This document shows, piece after piece, positions 22,498 through 35,890 of a DNA stretch of 64,000 nt. Within the stretch, counting starts at the first letter, position 1. Every line of letters begins with the position of its first letter. Source of the DNA: Rhizodiscina lignyota. Taxonomy: Eukaryota. A program made the translations under genes and the position numbers. Under the pieces are notes generated by a model, which saw only the letters and a program-made list of their open reading frames with translations, ran no database searches and had not been told where the DNA came from. Location of the stretch: assembly GCA_010015805.1 (NCBI GenBank), contig ML978125.1, positions 1,984,001 to 2,048,000 on the forward strand, written 5' to 3'.

Positions 22498-25400
22498 ATG
22501 GGGTCTACCGTCGTTGACGAGGACACCTCGTCGAGTAGCCAGATGTCGGAATCGCTTCCTTCCGACACTGTCATCACTCATCCACGCTTGGTACCGGTGG
22601 AAGAAGATGGGGATCCCTTCGTTGTCCAACCGGCAACGGCCTCAGGCCGGGTCGTCGAGCCTACTCCGAGGCGCACGATGAGCAAGTTACTCAAGGGCAA
22701 GGAGAAGGAGTGGTCATCAATTGCCGAGAAGAAAGGGCCACTGAGGCTACTGGATCTTCCAGTAGACATCCTTCGCGAGATCATCAATCAGGTAATCTCA
22801 CGCTTCTCCCGAGATGCATATTTTGGAGCAAACAATTGACCACCTCACAGCTTCCTCACACCAACGACCTCACTTCGCTCGCACTATGCCACTCGATCCT
22901 CCATAGTCTCACTATTCCTTGCATTTACTCTCGTTTCGACATCGTTTGGCCAGATACAAATACGCAAACCGAGCCCCGAACAGGCGTCGACGCGCTGACT
23001 TACGGACTCGCAACATTGGTGATGCATGAAGAGGTATTCGGAGAAGCTCCATGGCAACGAGCAAGAGCAGTCGAGCCTCAAACAAATAATGATTCGAAGC
23101 ACCCATATCCTCTGAAACGAAGACGGCGAGGGAACTACTACGCCCAGTACACGAAGAAATTCTCGCTTGGCAATGGACCGCTGGAATATGTGCAAGAGTA
23201 TCTCATCACAAAAGAAGGTGGCAAGATGCTGGGCACACTTGTAGCTCTCGCCGTAGCGCGCATGCGAAATCTAGAGACATTCGTCTGGGACATGCCAACA
23301 GGAGTCCTTCGAGACGTGTGGTTGGCATTGTCTTCACTGGCGGATCGCGACGATGGACAAGACTGCAGGCTTGAGCGGATTTGGATACGATGGCACGACA
23401 ATTCACAATTGGACATGCTGAATGCCGTTCCACCGCCGCCTACCCTCCCGCTCAACAATATCGCTCCTCAGAATGGAGCACATGGGAGTGGAATAGCGAA
23501 TCCACAGCCGGCAGTTATTGTGCAGGCTGCTAGCCAATTTCTCGTATCGCATGTAATGGAGCGGGTAGAGCATCCGACATTCTCCGTCCTTCCACCACTG
23601 AAGAGCTTGAGCGTTCTCGACATCGACGAATTGCCGTATCTAGACGAGATGAGCGTTCTCATAGCCCGCTCCCAGCACCGGCTGAGAGAGCTCCGAATTG
23701 GAATTGCAGGTCAAGCTGAAGATAGAGAATGGGTGCAAGTGTGGGAAGGCGAATCGCTCCAGCAGGTCGATTACACTTCAGACGGCGACTTTCAACCAAA
23801 GATCAGCAATAGCCGCTTAGGAGGTATTCTAGGCATTTTAGTTGGCAGAGTCTACAATATGCGCAACAACTCGAACACTGCCAAGCCGTCGACTAGAATA
23901 CCTCGAAGTCCGGACGAGATCAGACCTCTGAGACCGTCCACAACGAGCATCGATGGCATGATCCAATCTTCTTATGCATCAGAATCTGCAACGAACCTTG
24001 CGAATACGCAGTCATCACCAGGTGCAGCTTCGAGTTCGTCTGAGATCTTTGCTGATGCAGTTAGCCAACAACTGCCCGAATCCTCCTCTTCGGCGGACTC
24101 CGACGAGTCAAATGCAGCGAGCCAATCAAACTTCACACCGAAAGCTGCTGTTTACCCAAATACGCCTGCTCAGAAAGCAATCCCACTTCGCACTCTCCGT
24201 TCAACTCCTAGGGAAGCCCGACTTCGCGGCCCATACCTTGATGGCAAGCTTAAACTGGAGATTCTGGAGTTGGAGCGCGTGCCACTCTGCGTTTCCATAC
24301 TTCAACATGCTATCGACTGGTCTATTCTCAGCTCACTCACCCTTCTCAATTGCCAAAACCACGATCAACTATGGAAAAGTCTGCGCCATATCTACTCCCC
24401 GCTGAAGCCACCTAAATCTCACATGTCTCCTCTAAATGCTGCTTCACCCTACTCTACTCCTCGGCGCACTTCCGTACCGCGCTGCACCGAATACTCTCTC
24501 AATTTGAAGAAGATCCATACAAACACCGCCTCTCTCAGCCTCATCAATTTCATCAAGGACACGCTTCCTCCGAATAGCCTTGAAGTCTTCTTCTTGCAAG
24601 AATCAAGGGTTCCAGCTTCCACGACGGTGCCAATTGAAGCTATCTATCGCGGCGTCGTCAGACGACATCGTACAAGTCTCAAGAAGTTGATGATTGATAG
24701 CAGCGATCCTAGAGGCAGTACGGACTACTCAACCACGAATGCACGATGGAGAAGGTGGATGCTCAACCGAGAGATTATCACTTTCATCACGAGTGGAAGA
24801 ATGCCTGTGTTGCGTGAGCTTGGGTTCACCATCGACTACAAAGACTGGGTAGGGATGTCTGGATTGAATGTTTGATTGCATCAAAAGCTGACTAATTTTT
24901 AGCACTTCTTCCTCCAACACCTACCATCGATCCCCCATGTCCGTTCCATATACATTCCTCATGTGGCAGACCACCCACACGGTTCAAATTCTGACCCACG
25001 TGAACTCGCCCTGCAAATTGTCGATATCGTCGCGCTTCGGCCAGATATTGAGCTCTGCTACGTCGGCATTGCCAGCAAGTGCTTTGAGATCCTTGAAAAC
25101 AAGTCGCACAACTACGATCTGCGCAACAACTCGCCCGATGGTGGAAATTCCAATGATGGCGGCCCTGGTGGACCAGGTGGTGTGAACGGGCTAGGGGGCT
25201 ATCAGGCAGTCCCTGGTGCTGCAGGCAATGAACCTCTTATCCTTGACGAGGAAGATGACGATGCCGATCCGGGCGAAGATGATGATGAGGAAGATGAGAT
25301 GGGCATTGGGGGAATACAAACTGCGGATGATGATGTTACGCAGAGCGAGAGCGAGGAAGAATTTCAAGATGACGATGACGACGAGGAATTTGGCAGTGAT

Positions 25401-25511
25401 GCAGAGGAAGATGGCATCGGTAGAGATCGAGGACCAAAGCTGAGGTTGCGGGAGATTCTCTTCTATGACGACAAGGTGGCTGTCTTTAGGGCGAGACATG
25501 GACGGCTTTGA
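22498..25511 (+). CDS. Conserved fungal F-box domain protein with LRR-like central region and acidic C-terminus
   Basis: LRLLDLPVDILREIINQ|LPHTNDLTSLALC; introns near 22792-22850 and 24849-24902; ends LREILFYDDKVAVFRARHGRL; TATA at about 22155. Confidence 0.85.
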
Positions 25512-26009
25512 GAGCCGCTGTAGCTTTCGCTGCCTTCCTCTTACTGCTTCTGTGCAATTATTTCCGGAAATGGCGTGGATTGCTTCGTTAGCATTCGTTT
25601 CGCTTCTCTATGGCGCGGCAAAGGCAAATGATCGAAAGGTAAGGTAGGCATGTTTCTAGCCTTGCTAGCATCGGGCGTTTCTTCTCATGGTCGCTCTCTG
25701 AGTGGACAAGTATGTAGCTATGAACAGGTACATGAATTAAGCCAATGAATGGATCTTAGTGATCTGCTACGATCTGTGTAAACTTTGTGCTCCCGATGCT
25801 CAAACACGGTCACGTGAGTTGGCGACTACCGCTCGTCGCGTCGGGGGCTTCACTTCAAAGGCAACAACGCCGATAACCAACGAACCTCTTTTACTTTCAT
25901 GCAAGATAGAAATAGAGATTCACAACCGCAGCCATCATTTATTGCCTATGAGGGACAAACGGGTGTAAGAAGTGGTTGAAAGACAACTCCGAAGACGCGC
26001 CATACAACA

Positions 26010-28813
26010 ATGTCAAAGAGCGCGCTTGTCTTCGCCTCAATATTTCCTCAGTCTACGGCCACACATACGACACCTACACCACAAGCAACTCCAGACCTCG
26101 GCTTCACTGTTCCAGGCCAGCCTTTTGGGGGACCTTCACCTCCCAGTCTGCGCCAGACCCAATCTCGGAAGCGAGGCCAAAATCAACCTTCAAGCCAGAC
26201 CGAGGGACTCACTGCAGCACAACATGCTGTGAGGCGTAACCTGGCATGGAGCACAGCTACCCAGTTCTTGAGCCTTCAGGGCGCACCTGTTCCCGGCGGC
26301 CAGGCAAGGCATGCGGATGCAAGGCGGAGCTCGGACGTGCAGGAAGCGCTGGCATGGCTATTGCTCGAAGATGAGGTAGAAGATGAGTCTCAAATGGGAC
26401 TCAAGTGTGTGGGACTTCGAAAAGGAAGCAATGGCCTTCTGAACTGGTATTTTGAAGAAGTGAAGCTGCATTTCTTGGGAACCTTCAAGCCTCAGTTGGA
26501 CGAAGAGATGGGCCGTATCGTAAGTATTTTTTCTCAACCTCCGATTTCTGAAGGCCTTCTAGAGATCTCATGTTTAACGCAGGTGGATGTAACTTCTGCT
26601 TGGGCATCACTAGCAAATATTGCGACAGCTTTTGGAGCGGTGGAGCAAATGTACATGCAACCAGTTACAAACCACATCGCACCAATCCTCGCTGCCGGTG
26701 GAGGAGTGAATGACGAATTGGAACTGCATGATCAGAGCGACACTCCAGCGTCTCGGCTTGTACAGCATTTCGAACGCAATCTGCACACTCTGTTTACGCA
26801 ATCTCTAGACCCGAAAGCCCGCCACAATGCGCTCGCTCTCGTCTTCCGTGACGCAGGCCAAAAGCTCTTCCGACTGGATGCCTCAGCATCTGTGGTAGGA
26901 CAATTGCCTGGACCAGGCTCGGCAAACGATCCTTCTGCAGTTATCAACCAACTGAAAGAGCTACTTCTTGCGCTAAATGAGGTTGGACTCGCCGGCGATG
27001 ATGCCCAGCGCGCTTTCGCAGCCGCTGTTGATAGGTTGATGGACGACTTTGTCGAATCATGGCATGTTAAAGTCGATTGGTACAGGCGATGTTCAGTCAT
27101 GCCCAAATTGAGGAGGTGGGTTGACGAAGGACTAGCAAGATATGTATCGGAGGTGATGTCTTGCATTGGTGAGAATGCGGGGAAACCACTTCAAGGCTTC
27201 TTAAGAGAGCAGACAGTGAGAGGGGAAGAAACCAAGCAATGGTCTGATATGGCTGTTACGCGGCTTGGAAGGGCAAGAGTTGCGAATCTGTTCGATTACG
27301 TGATTCGGTGGGATACCAGCATTGGAGCGATTCTCGATCTCAAGGTACTGGCATTCGACGAGTCTTGGTATGAGATGATAGACTAACTTCAGCTCAGGAA
27401 TACATTGCAACCCCCGGAGCCCGAATTCATCTCAGCACCAACTTCTCCCAACAGCTTCAGCGCCGTTTGTTGCATGCTGGAGCAACGACAATTCAGATTC
27501 TAGACACCTACATATATGTAATCCGGGCATTTAACGAGCTCGATCCAAAGGGTGTCTTGCTGGACCGAGTCTCACGACCCATCCGCCGCTACCTAAAAGA
27601 CCGTGATGATACTACTCGTGTCATTGTTGCTTCTCTGCTGGCGAACTATGACGAGCAACAGAAGGACTTTGAAACAGAACAAAATATCTCTGTGGAGGTT
27701 GCAAAAGAAATGCTGAATCCGATCTCTGATGGGTCTCATGAATATGACCAAGACTTGGACTGGGGCAACATGGCGTGGGTACCTGATCCTCATGATGCAG
27801 GTCCCGATTACAAACGGTCCAAGTCAGAGGATATTCTGTCCTCTTTACTAAGCCTCTACGACAGAGAAGATTTCATAAATGAGTTGAAGAATATCCTTGG
27901 CGATCATTTGCTAAAAAGCAAGAATTCGGAATTCGAGAAAGAGTTTCAACTCCTGGAGCTCTTCAAGATACGACTGGGCGATGACAAACTGCAGGCCTGT
28001 GAGGTCATGTTACATGATGTGGAAGACTCAAAACATATCAACACCGCAATTCACAACGATCCCGTCTACGCGGCAACGACAGTTGCACCGGAGGTCAGCC
28101 TCTCCACGCAAATTCTCTCATCGTACTTCTGGCCGCCTCTGCGCGAGGAATCCTTTGCTGTACCCGCACCTGTGGCTCAGCTTCAGGAAGCGTACGAATC
28201 AGGCTTCCGCGCTTTGAAGGATATGCGGAGATTGAAATGGCTACAGGCTCTCGGACGTGTTGGTGTCGAGCTGGAACTCGAGGACCGGAAAGTCGAGCTG
28301 GAAGTCCTGCCATGGCAAGCAAGCGTGATATATGCCTTCCAAGACGAGGAAGAAGGCACAGATTCGGCTAAAAGAACAGTTTCCGAGCTCGTAGAGACCC
28401 TGGAGATGGACGAAACCCTTGTCCGCCAAGCGGTAGCTTTCTGGATGGGCAAGCTGGTGCTTGAAGAAGTCGCTCCAGATACTTACTCCGTCCTTGAAAT
28501 CCTACCCGCCTCCGCTACTTCGACTTCCGCCCAGGAAGCTGCTGCTGCGGCAGCTGAAGCCGCGGGCAAGGCGGCAGCAGTCAAATCGCCTGAAGACATT
28601 CTCATGGAGAATATGCAGATGTACAGGCAGTTTATTTTGGGCATGTTGACGAACCAAGGGAAGATGGACGTCAAGAGGATGCATATGATGCTCAAGATGG
28701 TGGTTCCTGGGGGCTTTGGGTTCGGGTTGGACGAGCTGAGAACGCTGCTGCAGAGGATGGGCATTGAAGGACTCGTCAACGGTGAAGGCGATAGTTGGAG
28801 TATTGTGAAATGA
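26010..28813 (+). CDS. APC2: Anaphase-promoting complex subunit 2 (cullin-like)
   Basis: LFDYVIRWD, RLLHAGATTIQILDTYI, LDPKGVLLDRVSRPIRRYL, WVPDPHDA, ACEVMLHD, ILSSYFWP, RRLKWLQALG, FILGMLTN; introns 26520-26582 and about 27345-27398. Confidence 0.95.
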
Positions 28814-29212
28814 TGGCTGCTAGAATGACCTGCAATGTTGCCACCGAGCGTTTTGCCCTGCCGGTAAAAGCAAGCGGTCCCCAACACCTAGCAGAATGGT
28901 GGCTGTATCGCTCTGACGGTCCCGATGTTCCGAACGACTCGCCTACGCCATCACAGTCTGAGTCGGGTCCAAGTTCAACTTGGCCTCTATACGTTCGCGG
29001 CACCATCATTGGCAAGCTTGACGATATGGCACCGGACAATGATACCCACATAAACTGCGTGAGCATTGATTCTATACAACATAGATATCCAAACGAAAAA
29101 GCGCGTTTTGCACGCATTGATTTCTAGAATTAGAGCCTGCTATTCTCCTTTGGCGCCGATCGCATATCTATTCATGCAAGTCAGTTTCATGTACCATCAC
29201 TTTCCACAACAC

Positions 29213-31256
29213 TCATATCTCACCTTCTATATTTTGTTTGCCCTTCGCCTCAGCTTCATTAGCTTCGCCGGTATCGTACGAGTACTTGCTAAGCGGTACG
29301 TCCAAATAGTAAGTGATATCGGCCGAGTCGTCGAATTCAATCCTGTGGAATCCGGATCCCAGCCAGCCCCACCGATTTTTACTCCAGTACTCGACATGGT
29401 AGTCCTCCCAGTTGACCTCCTCCAACAAATCCATAAACGCCAGTCGACTACCAGGCCACATCACTACTGGCCCGTCCTTCTTGCCCTGCTTGAACCAGCT
29501 GGTGCAGGGGTCTGCCCAACACGTGCGGGTCAGGTACTTTTGAGAGTGCTCCAAGTAGTCATCGATGGCCGACTGCTTCGGCGAGATGCGCCGGATGTGC
29601 TGCTTCCGCATCTTCTTGACGATCTGGATGAAGTGTTTCGTGAAGGCCGTGAGCAGCGGTAAGATCGAGCCCTGTGCGACGGGCGACCACGGGCCGGAGT
29701 AGAGGAAGAAGTTGGGCACGTTGTGCGCGGCGACGGAGATGTAGCTCTCGGGCGTGTCCTTCCACTTCTCTGCGAGCGGGATGCCGTCGAGGCCGATGAG
29801 TGGGAACTTGGGGCGGTAGGAGGTGTCGAAGCCGGTTGCGCAGATGATGACGTCCACTTCTACCTCGGCGCCGGAGGATGTGACGATGCTGTGTGGTTTG
29901 ATGCACTCGATTTCTTCTGTGAATACTGTTGACTTGTCGCCAATCAGGGCTTCGAGGTAGCCGTTGCCAGGGGTGGGACGCCGGCAACCGACGTTGAAGT
30001 CTTTGGGGATAATAGCATCCATGAGTCGAGTGTTACCGCCCATCTTGGTCTTCATTTCGTGATATGCAAACTGTATGTGATGGTCAGTGACTATACGAGA
30101 TAACAAAAGTGGGTGGAGACATACCGCATTAGCTTCATCTGACTCGTGGCTGTTCCTGAGGACAAGCTTGAATCTCTGGTTGAGCTCCTGCTCCACCATC
30201 TTCCTGTATGCCCGGTACTTCTCAGGATCTCGGCTCCACTCTGCCTTTTGCTCTTCCGAGTCTGGTTACATCGTTGTAAGCTTTGCTGTTCATTGTATAC
30301 ATATACTTGCACTTACAGTCGAAATTGGAACCGCCAGGCCCAGCAAACTTTTGTCCGAATCCCGCCGTGACCCATGTTGCATTCCGCACCCAGTGGTACA
30401 CATGAGAAACCTCGGGGTAAATCGCTGCGAGAGTCTGGACACCGGAGCTTCCAGACCCAATCACGGCTGCTCTTTTGCCCTTCATGTCGTAACTACTGTC
30501 GTAGTTGGCAGTATGGAACATATCGCCCTTGAAGCTCTCAATCCCTTCGATCTTGGGCCACTTCCACTTGTTGACGAAACCTGTTCCATTGAGTAGCACG
30601 TTGCACTCATCGTCCCACTCCTCGCCCTTCCCCTCACCATCCGTCTTCCGTAGCCTGACCTTCCAGACACTCTTCGCTTCATCCCATTCCGCTCCCACAA
30701 TCTCCGTGCTCAGCGTGATCCACTTCATCAGGCCCTCCTCGTCAACAATGCCCTTGAAGTACTCATAGATCTCCTTCGCCGGGCTGTAGTACCGAGTCCA
30801 GTGCGGATTTGGCCGCCATGAAAACGAGTAGCTGGCAGACGGCACGTCACAGGCACAACCAGGATAGCGGTTCTCATACCAGGTGCCGCCGACTGAGGGA
30901 TTCTTGTCGTACACCTGCACCTGGATATCCTCGCCACCAGGGAGGTCGAGCAGATAACGCTCGGTGAAGCTGTGGTGCAGGAAATCTATGCCCGCAGCGC
31001 CCGCGCCGATCATGATGATGCGGAAGGGCGAAGGGGTGTAGTAAGTCGTGGCGTTCGGCTGGCCAACCATATGGTTGGATATCCTGTAGCCCGACGCTGT
31101 TGGGGCGCTCCATTCTGCGTGGTGCACCGGAGTTCTGATTGACGCTTCGTGCGAGCCCAAGTCATTACTGCCTATCTTGAAGTTCTCTGGGATGCCATAG
31201 TGTTCACGCGGCGTCTCCCCCTTCTTCAATGGCTCCTTTGGCGGCTCTGGCATCAT
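29213..31256 (-). CDS. Baeyer-Villiger-type flavoprotein monooxygenase (class B)
   Basis: GAGAAG, GGTWYENRYPGCACD, FKGDMFHTANYD, GSGSSG, GCRR, DVIICATGF, CTSWFK; two introns. Confidence 0.92.
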
Positions 31257-33133
31257 CTTGACGGATTATATCTAATCTCAACAGACTCTATATTAAAGGA
31301 TGACTGGGATTGAGAGAAACTTCAACGCATTGGAAATCTAGAACCCCAAAAGGGAGATGAACGAGGACTGAAACGAAATATATAGAAACGGCCAATAAAT
31401 CAGATCCCCGGAAATAAATACTCAAAGGTATCTCAGTAACTGTCACCCCATGCGGGGCAGCTTCCATGGGACAGCGGGAGAGCGGGAGGGTGGATTCCGC
31501 TGTGGCGGATATGGTGCTGTCCTCGGCAAAGCCGTCGAAGTCTCGGAAAAGTCCAGCTTGGCAATGTCAATTTATCATCTGCAGAATGATGGTGGAGATA
31601 ATGGCATTAACAAGACGATGTATGTGATCCAAAGGGTTCCTGAAGAACCAAGCTGGAGTGTGGCCTCGCTACGATACGGAGTAGTGAGAATTCCTCGTCC
31701 CGTTCTATATTTCAATACAGCAAACCGTTATCTTACCACAGGAATGAAAGGCTTTGTCAGCCCCTCTGGGCGCCATTTCGCGCTAGCACACTAGCTCGCA
31801 ACGCGTGGAGCGCGTCCGCGCTCTCAGCCTCGCCCGTCCAATCATTCCCGTCAAGCGACCTCTTCCCTTCCGCATGCAGTGTATTGCGCTCGAGCCGTCG
31901 CCCTATGGAACAATTATCGATTGTGTACGTTCAGGTCTCCACACTCCTGGTGACGTCTGGATCCAAGGAGTCCCGGCCAAAGGGAGGACTGTGTGAGCTG
32001 TCATCTCTGAAATGCTCGGCGCGCGGGCAGCCCCAGCCACTGCTCATTATACTTCCGTTTTTGTGCAACGCGGCGGCCGTCCCGGCCGACGTTGGCTGTG
32101 GCGTCTTCGGTTTTTGGGTTTCTTTGCTGGGGGCGTAGAGATGGGTTTGCAGATAGGGTTGTTTCAGGTTTCGGATTTTTAGATTTTTATTCTGCTCTGT
32201 ATGGATGTATAACCTTGACGTGTCTCAGGCATCCATAGACCGGAGAATTTGCGCTGCCAATCCGATCGCCTGCGGATCCACTTTGGCAAAACATAGGACA
32301 GCGACAGGCCAGGCATGCTGGGAGGTCTTGGTTGGTCTCTGGGGTGACGGACCAAGCATAGGCTGGAGCTATGACTTAAAATGAGTCTGATATCATCATT
32401 CTTGTAGGATAAGGTTCGGGCTCAGTCTCAGGGGTAGAGGGTGCTATCGTGCAAATTCGATATGATTTCACTAAGGTACACATAAGGTACATTATGTACT
32501 TGCTCGTCGTCCCTTACTTCCTCCCATGACCCACCATGCTCAACACCGATCCCGCATTGATAGTACTTCGAAGAAAGAAAGGAGTCCCTGAATATGGGTA
32601 TGCCATAGGAACATGAAGAACGTCATTAAAATGTATGCACGCTTGCAAGTGTGCATGGCTATTGCCGCCGAAGAGGTTGCTTTTATCGGAAACTGAGAAA
32701 GCATGAACAAAATCCATGTCGAAAGTGTTGTGCTGGCCAATCGTGAGGTTGGCAGATTATCAGGGATGCTGCTGTGTATCGTCGTGAGTCAAAAGAAAAC
32801 AACGAAACCGAAATTTGGAAAACCTTCAAGCGTTGCGGAAGCGATGATCATTAGCGCTTCCGCGTCTCTGTAATGCGTCGATGAGAAGCCGTCGTTTCGA
32901 TGCGAAAGAGCAATTGTCTTGTGTATTCGATCTGTCGATGGGCTTAATGAGTGACTTCGGTGAGATTGTGTCTTCGCACAGGCGTGGGCATTCATCCGCC
33001 TTCGTTAGAATGGAAAAGAGAATCGTTGAGTTAGCCGGAGCTAATAATTCGTTATCACTCTCGAGAGAGGTGAGGTATCGTTCACGAAGAGCAAAAAGGA
33101 GCAATAGCCGAGCGCTCGAGTAAGCGCGTCGGA

Positions 33134-34379
33134 TCATTGAGAGGACACGAGCGCTCCTCCGAGCTCCATGCCCAATCCATGAGCCTTGCCATCTGCCATG
33201 CTAGAGCTCCCTTCAGGCGGCACCAGCGAGTCGAAATTAAGCCGGCGTCGAGCCTCCCTGGCTGCTAATGGCGTTTTCGAAGGCCCTGGGGTCCTCCAAG
33301 CAGCTTGCGCGGGGCTTGGGGTCACATTGACGTAGTCCGCAAAGTTGAAGCCGCTCATGCTCGGAGTTACAGAGCCCAAGCCCAAGAAGTTCGTGGATGC
33401 CCCACCAGGGGTGTTCATCATCGAAGGTGGTAGTGGCGTGGCCTTGGCTGGGGGTGTGGAGGGTGCCTGGATTTGTGGCGTACGAGTGAGAGTGCGCGAT
33501 GGTGTAGGCTGAGCAGGAGAAGGGGATGCAGCAAGAAACATGAGAAGATCTGCTGCTCCTTCCTCGCCACTCGCGTTGTTGTCATGAGAGTTCAGATTCG
33601 AGAACGGCTTCTGTCGAAGATGAGCCGAGCGAGCGCGGTCTGGCGGAGGGGTTCTCGGAGGGGAGGAGTGAATCTGTGGGCCCGTGGATGTTCGGAAGGA
33701 ATGAACGGGAAGGTCGGCATCATCGTCCTCAGAGGACAGCGAAGGATCAACTTCATCCGCAACTGTCGTCTCGGAGACGAAGGACAGGGAGGGAACGTGC
33801 GAGGCAGGGAAGTTGACTGAGTGTCTGTTGTGATAAGCAGGAGACGACGCCGGGAGGTGATACGAGCTCTTCCACGAAGTAGCTTTGGTGTGCTTCGTGC
33901 GGACTTTGGTCCTCATGTGTGAACTAGACGCCGGCCGTTCAGTCTGAAGCTGATATCGAGTACGCTTGTTGTTGAATCCATTGCTGCTGCCAGATCTGCG
34001 GACGTCGTCGGAGAACATGGGAGCCAAGGGTGAAGAGTCGAGGGCGGCTGGATGGAAGCGGTCGGAGACAATGGACGAGGTGTCTGAGGGAGTTGTGTTG
34101 GTCGAGCCACGGCGTTTACGCTTGAGCTCCATGTCAATCTGGGGCTCGAGGCTGTCAATGCTCAGCTTCTCCCAGCCATGCTTGATCTTGACGTTGGCAA
34201 GCGCCAGACGGTTCTGCAGCTGTCTTGTCATCTGGAGAGTGAGAGCATTGTGTCAGCCACAACTACCACATGGTGAGGAAGATGAGACAATTGCTCACCT
34301 TTGAGACTTGAGCACGCCTCAAGACCTTGCTTGCGACCTCATAGTCGGCCTGTTGGTCTAAGCGCTCTGCGGACGCCAT
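33134..34379 (-). CDS. Whi5/Nrm1/Stb1-type G1/S transcription regulator
   Basis: ATG 34379, intron 34232-34298; GTB-like motif LQNRLALANVK(IKHGWE); many S/T-P CDK sites; helix GAADLLMFLAASPSP; C-terminal RRRLNF. Confidence 0.7.
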
Positions 34380-34745
34380 CGTTGGTGTTTCGAGCCAGGA
34401 GGAGGCGGTAGGTGAGGAAAGCGAGGTTGAGAAAGACTTCATGAGAGCCGGTCAATTATGCGAGGGCATAAGCTTGCAGCGTTGGGCGAAGTGTGCGGAA
34501 GTGGAGAAGGAAGTAAGGAGGGGGTCTAAGGTTGAGGTTGAAGTGCGTGCGTGTGAAGCAGACGAGCCGAAGCAACTCTTCAACTTCGCTTCCCGATCGA
34601 CGATCCCGGCAGGGTGAGAGCAAGGAATGGCGGCAGCAGGTGGGCAGCACAGACGCCTTGTTAGTGCTCAATTTGTGTGCTGTTCAGTGCGGGCGGCGTA
34701 GGAAGGCGAGTCATCCCGGGGGCTTGAGAGGTATGTTTAAGTGTT

Positions 34746-35162
34746 ACGCGCTAGCTCCTTTCGGCACTGCTGTATATTACGCGTCTTGATTCTCATTTTC
34801 TTACAGCACGTCCGTGAATACGCGTCAGAACCGAGTGTCTCGTATTCTTTATCCGAGTGCGGAGAGCAACTCCGAACTCTATTTCAACTGGTCCTCGCTG
34901 CGTACAGGATTGACCAAAATGCTCTGCTCCCTGTGCAGTCCAACCTGGCTTCTGCAGTTTTGGCCAACTGGTACTTGGCTTCACCCTCCAAGAGGAAGAG
35001 AATAGAGGCGATGATGCATTCAACTCTTGTAATTGATGTCCTGAACCGCAGCTATTTGGGGTCTTAGAGATTTCCCTGTGCGCCTAGCCCAAAGGGGAAG
35101 CCATCCGCTGCAAATGACGATGGTTCTTCTTGACGCTTTCCAATTAGTGTTGATAGACGCGT
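34746..35162. promoter_or_regulatory. Cluster of MCB (MluI cell-cycle box) elements
   Basis: ACGCGT at 34779, 34820 and 35157, plus ACGCG at 34746, 370-780 bp upstream of the Whi5/Nrm1-like ATG. Confidence 0.5.
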
Positions 35163-35890
35163 GGCGCACGTGCTAGGCGTGCGTTGATCGCGCTGTGGCT
35201 GATGGGCAGTGTGGAAGTGGGTAGTGATGCGCCTCTGCTGTCACCATCCGCAGCAGGCGCCCGCATGGACCCGCTTTCATTTCCGCACGCCAAATGGCCA
35301 TGGCCATGCTGATTTTGCACTTCGCGATAAGAAGAACTCCGACTCCCCAACTGTCACCACCGCCGCACCAGTAAATACTTCCAAGCTGCAAACCCTGCCC
35401 AATCAGCTGCTCGGTGGCAAGCAAGCACGCAGCTTACGAGCACTCCTTCTTCCGCGTCGATCTGCCGCTAAAAGCTGCAGCTCCTGGGTTTCTTTGTCCA
35501 AGGAACGTCGACTGATAAACCTAGCATCTCCCACCTGCAAGCCGCCCACTCGCGACTCAACCCACGGCGGAGTCCACACATCTCCGCCGACTTCCTCACA
35601 GAGCGCCTTTCCAGTCGTTACGATCCTCCGCTGGCCGAATTTGCTCTTTTGTTTGTATATGCCATCTCCCACCAACGCTCGTTGCCCGCACTGCCCGTCC
35701 AACTAAAACCTGGCCCGCAAACACACCAAGCTTGGAACATTCGCTTCACCCAAAGCTTACCAGCTTCTATCTCAGCCGCCGGAAACAAGTACCAGCCAAT
35801 CCTCGCATCGAAACGGAGCCTGACGCTGAAAGAGACGTCACCGTTTTGAAGCTTTAAATCGAAACACAACAAGCTACTCCGGGCGCCAAA

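Noticed and set aside
17898..31256. Secondary-metabolite cluster (dioxygenase, TF, BVMO)
   Set aside because: No PKS, NRPS or terpene backbone gene, and housekeeping F-box and APC2 genes separate the BVMO.
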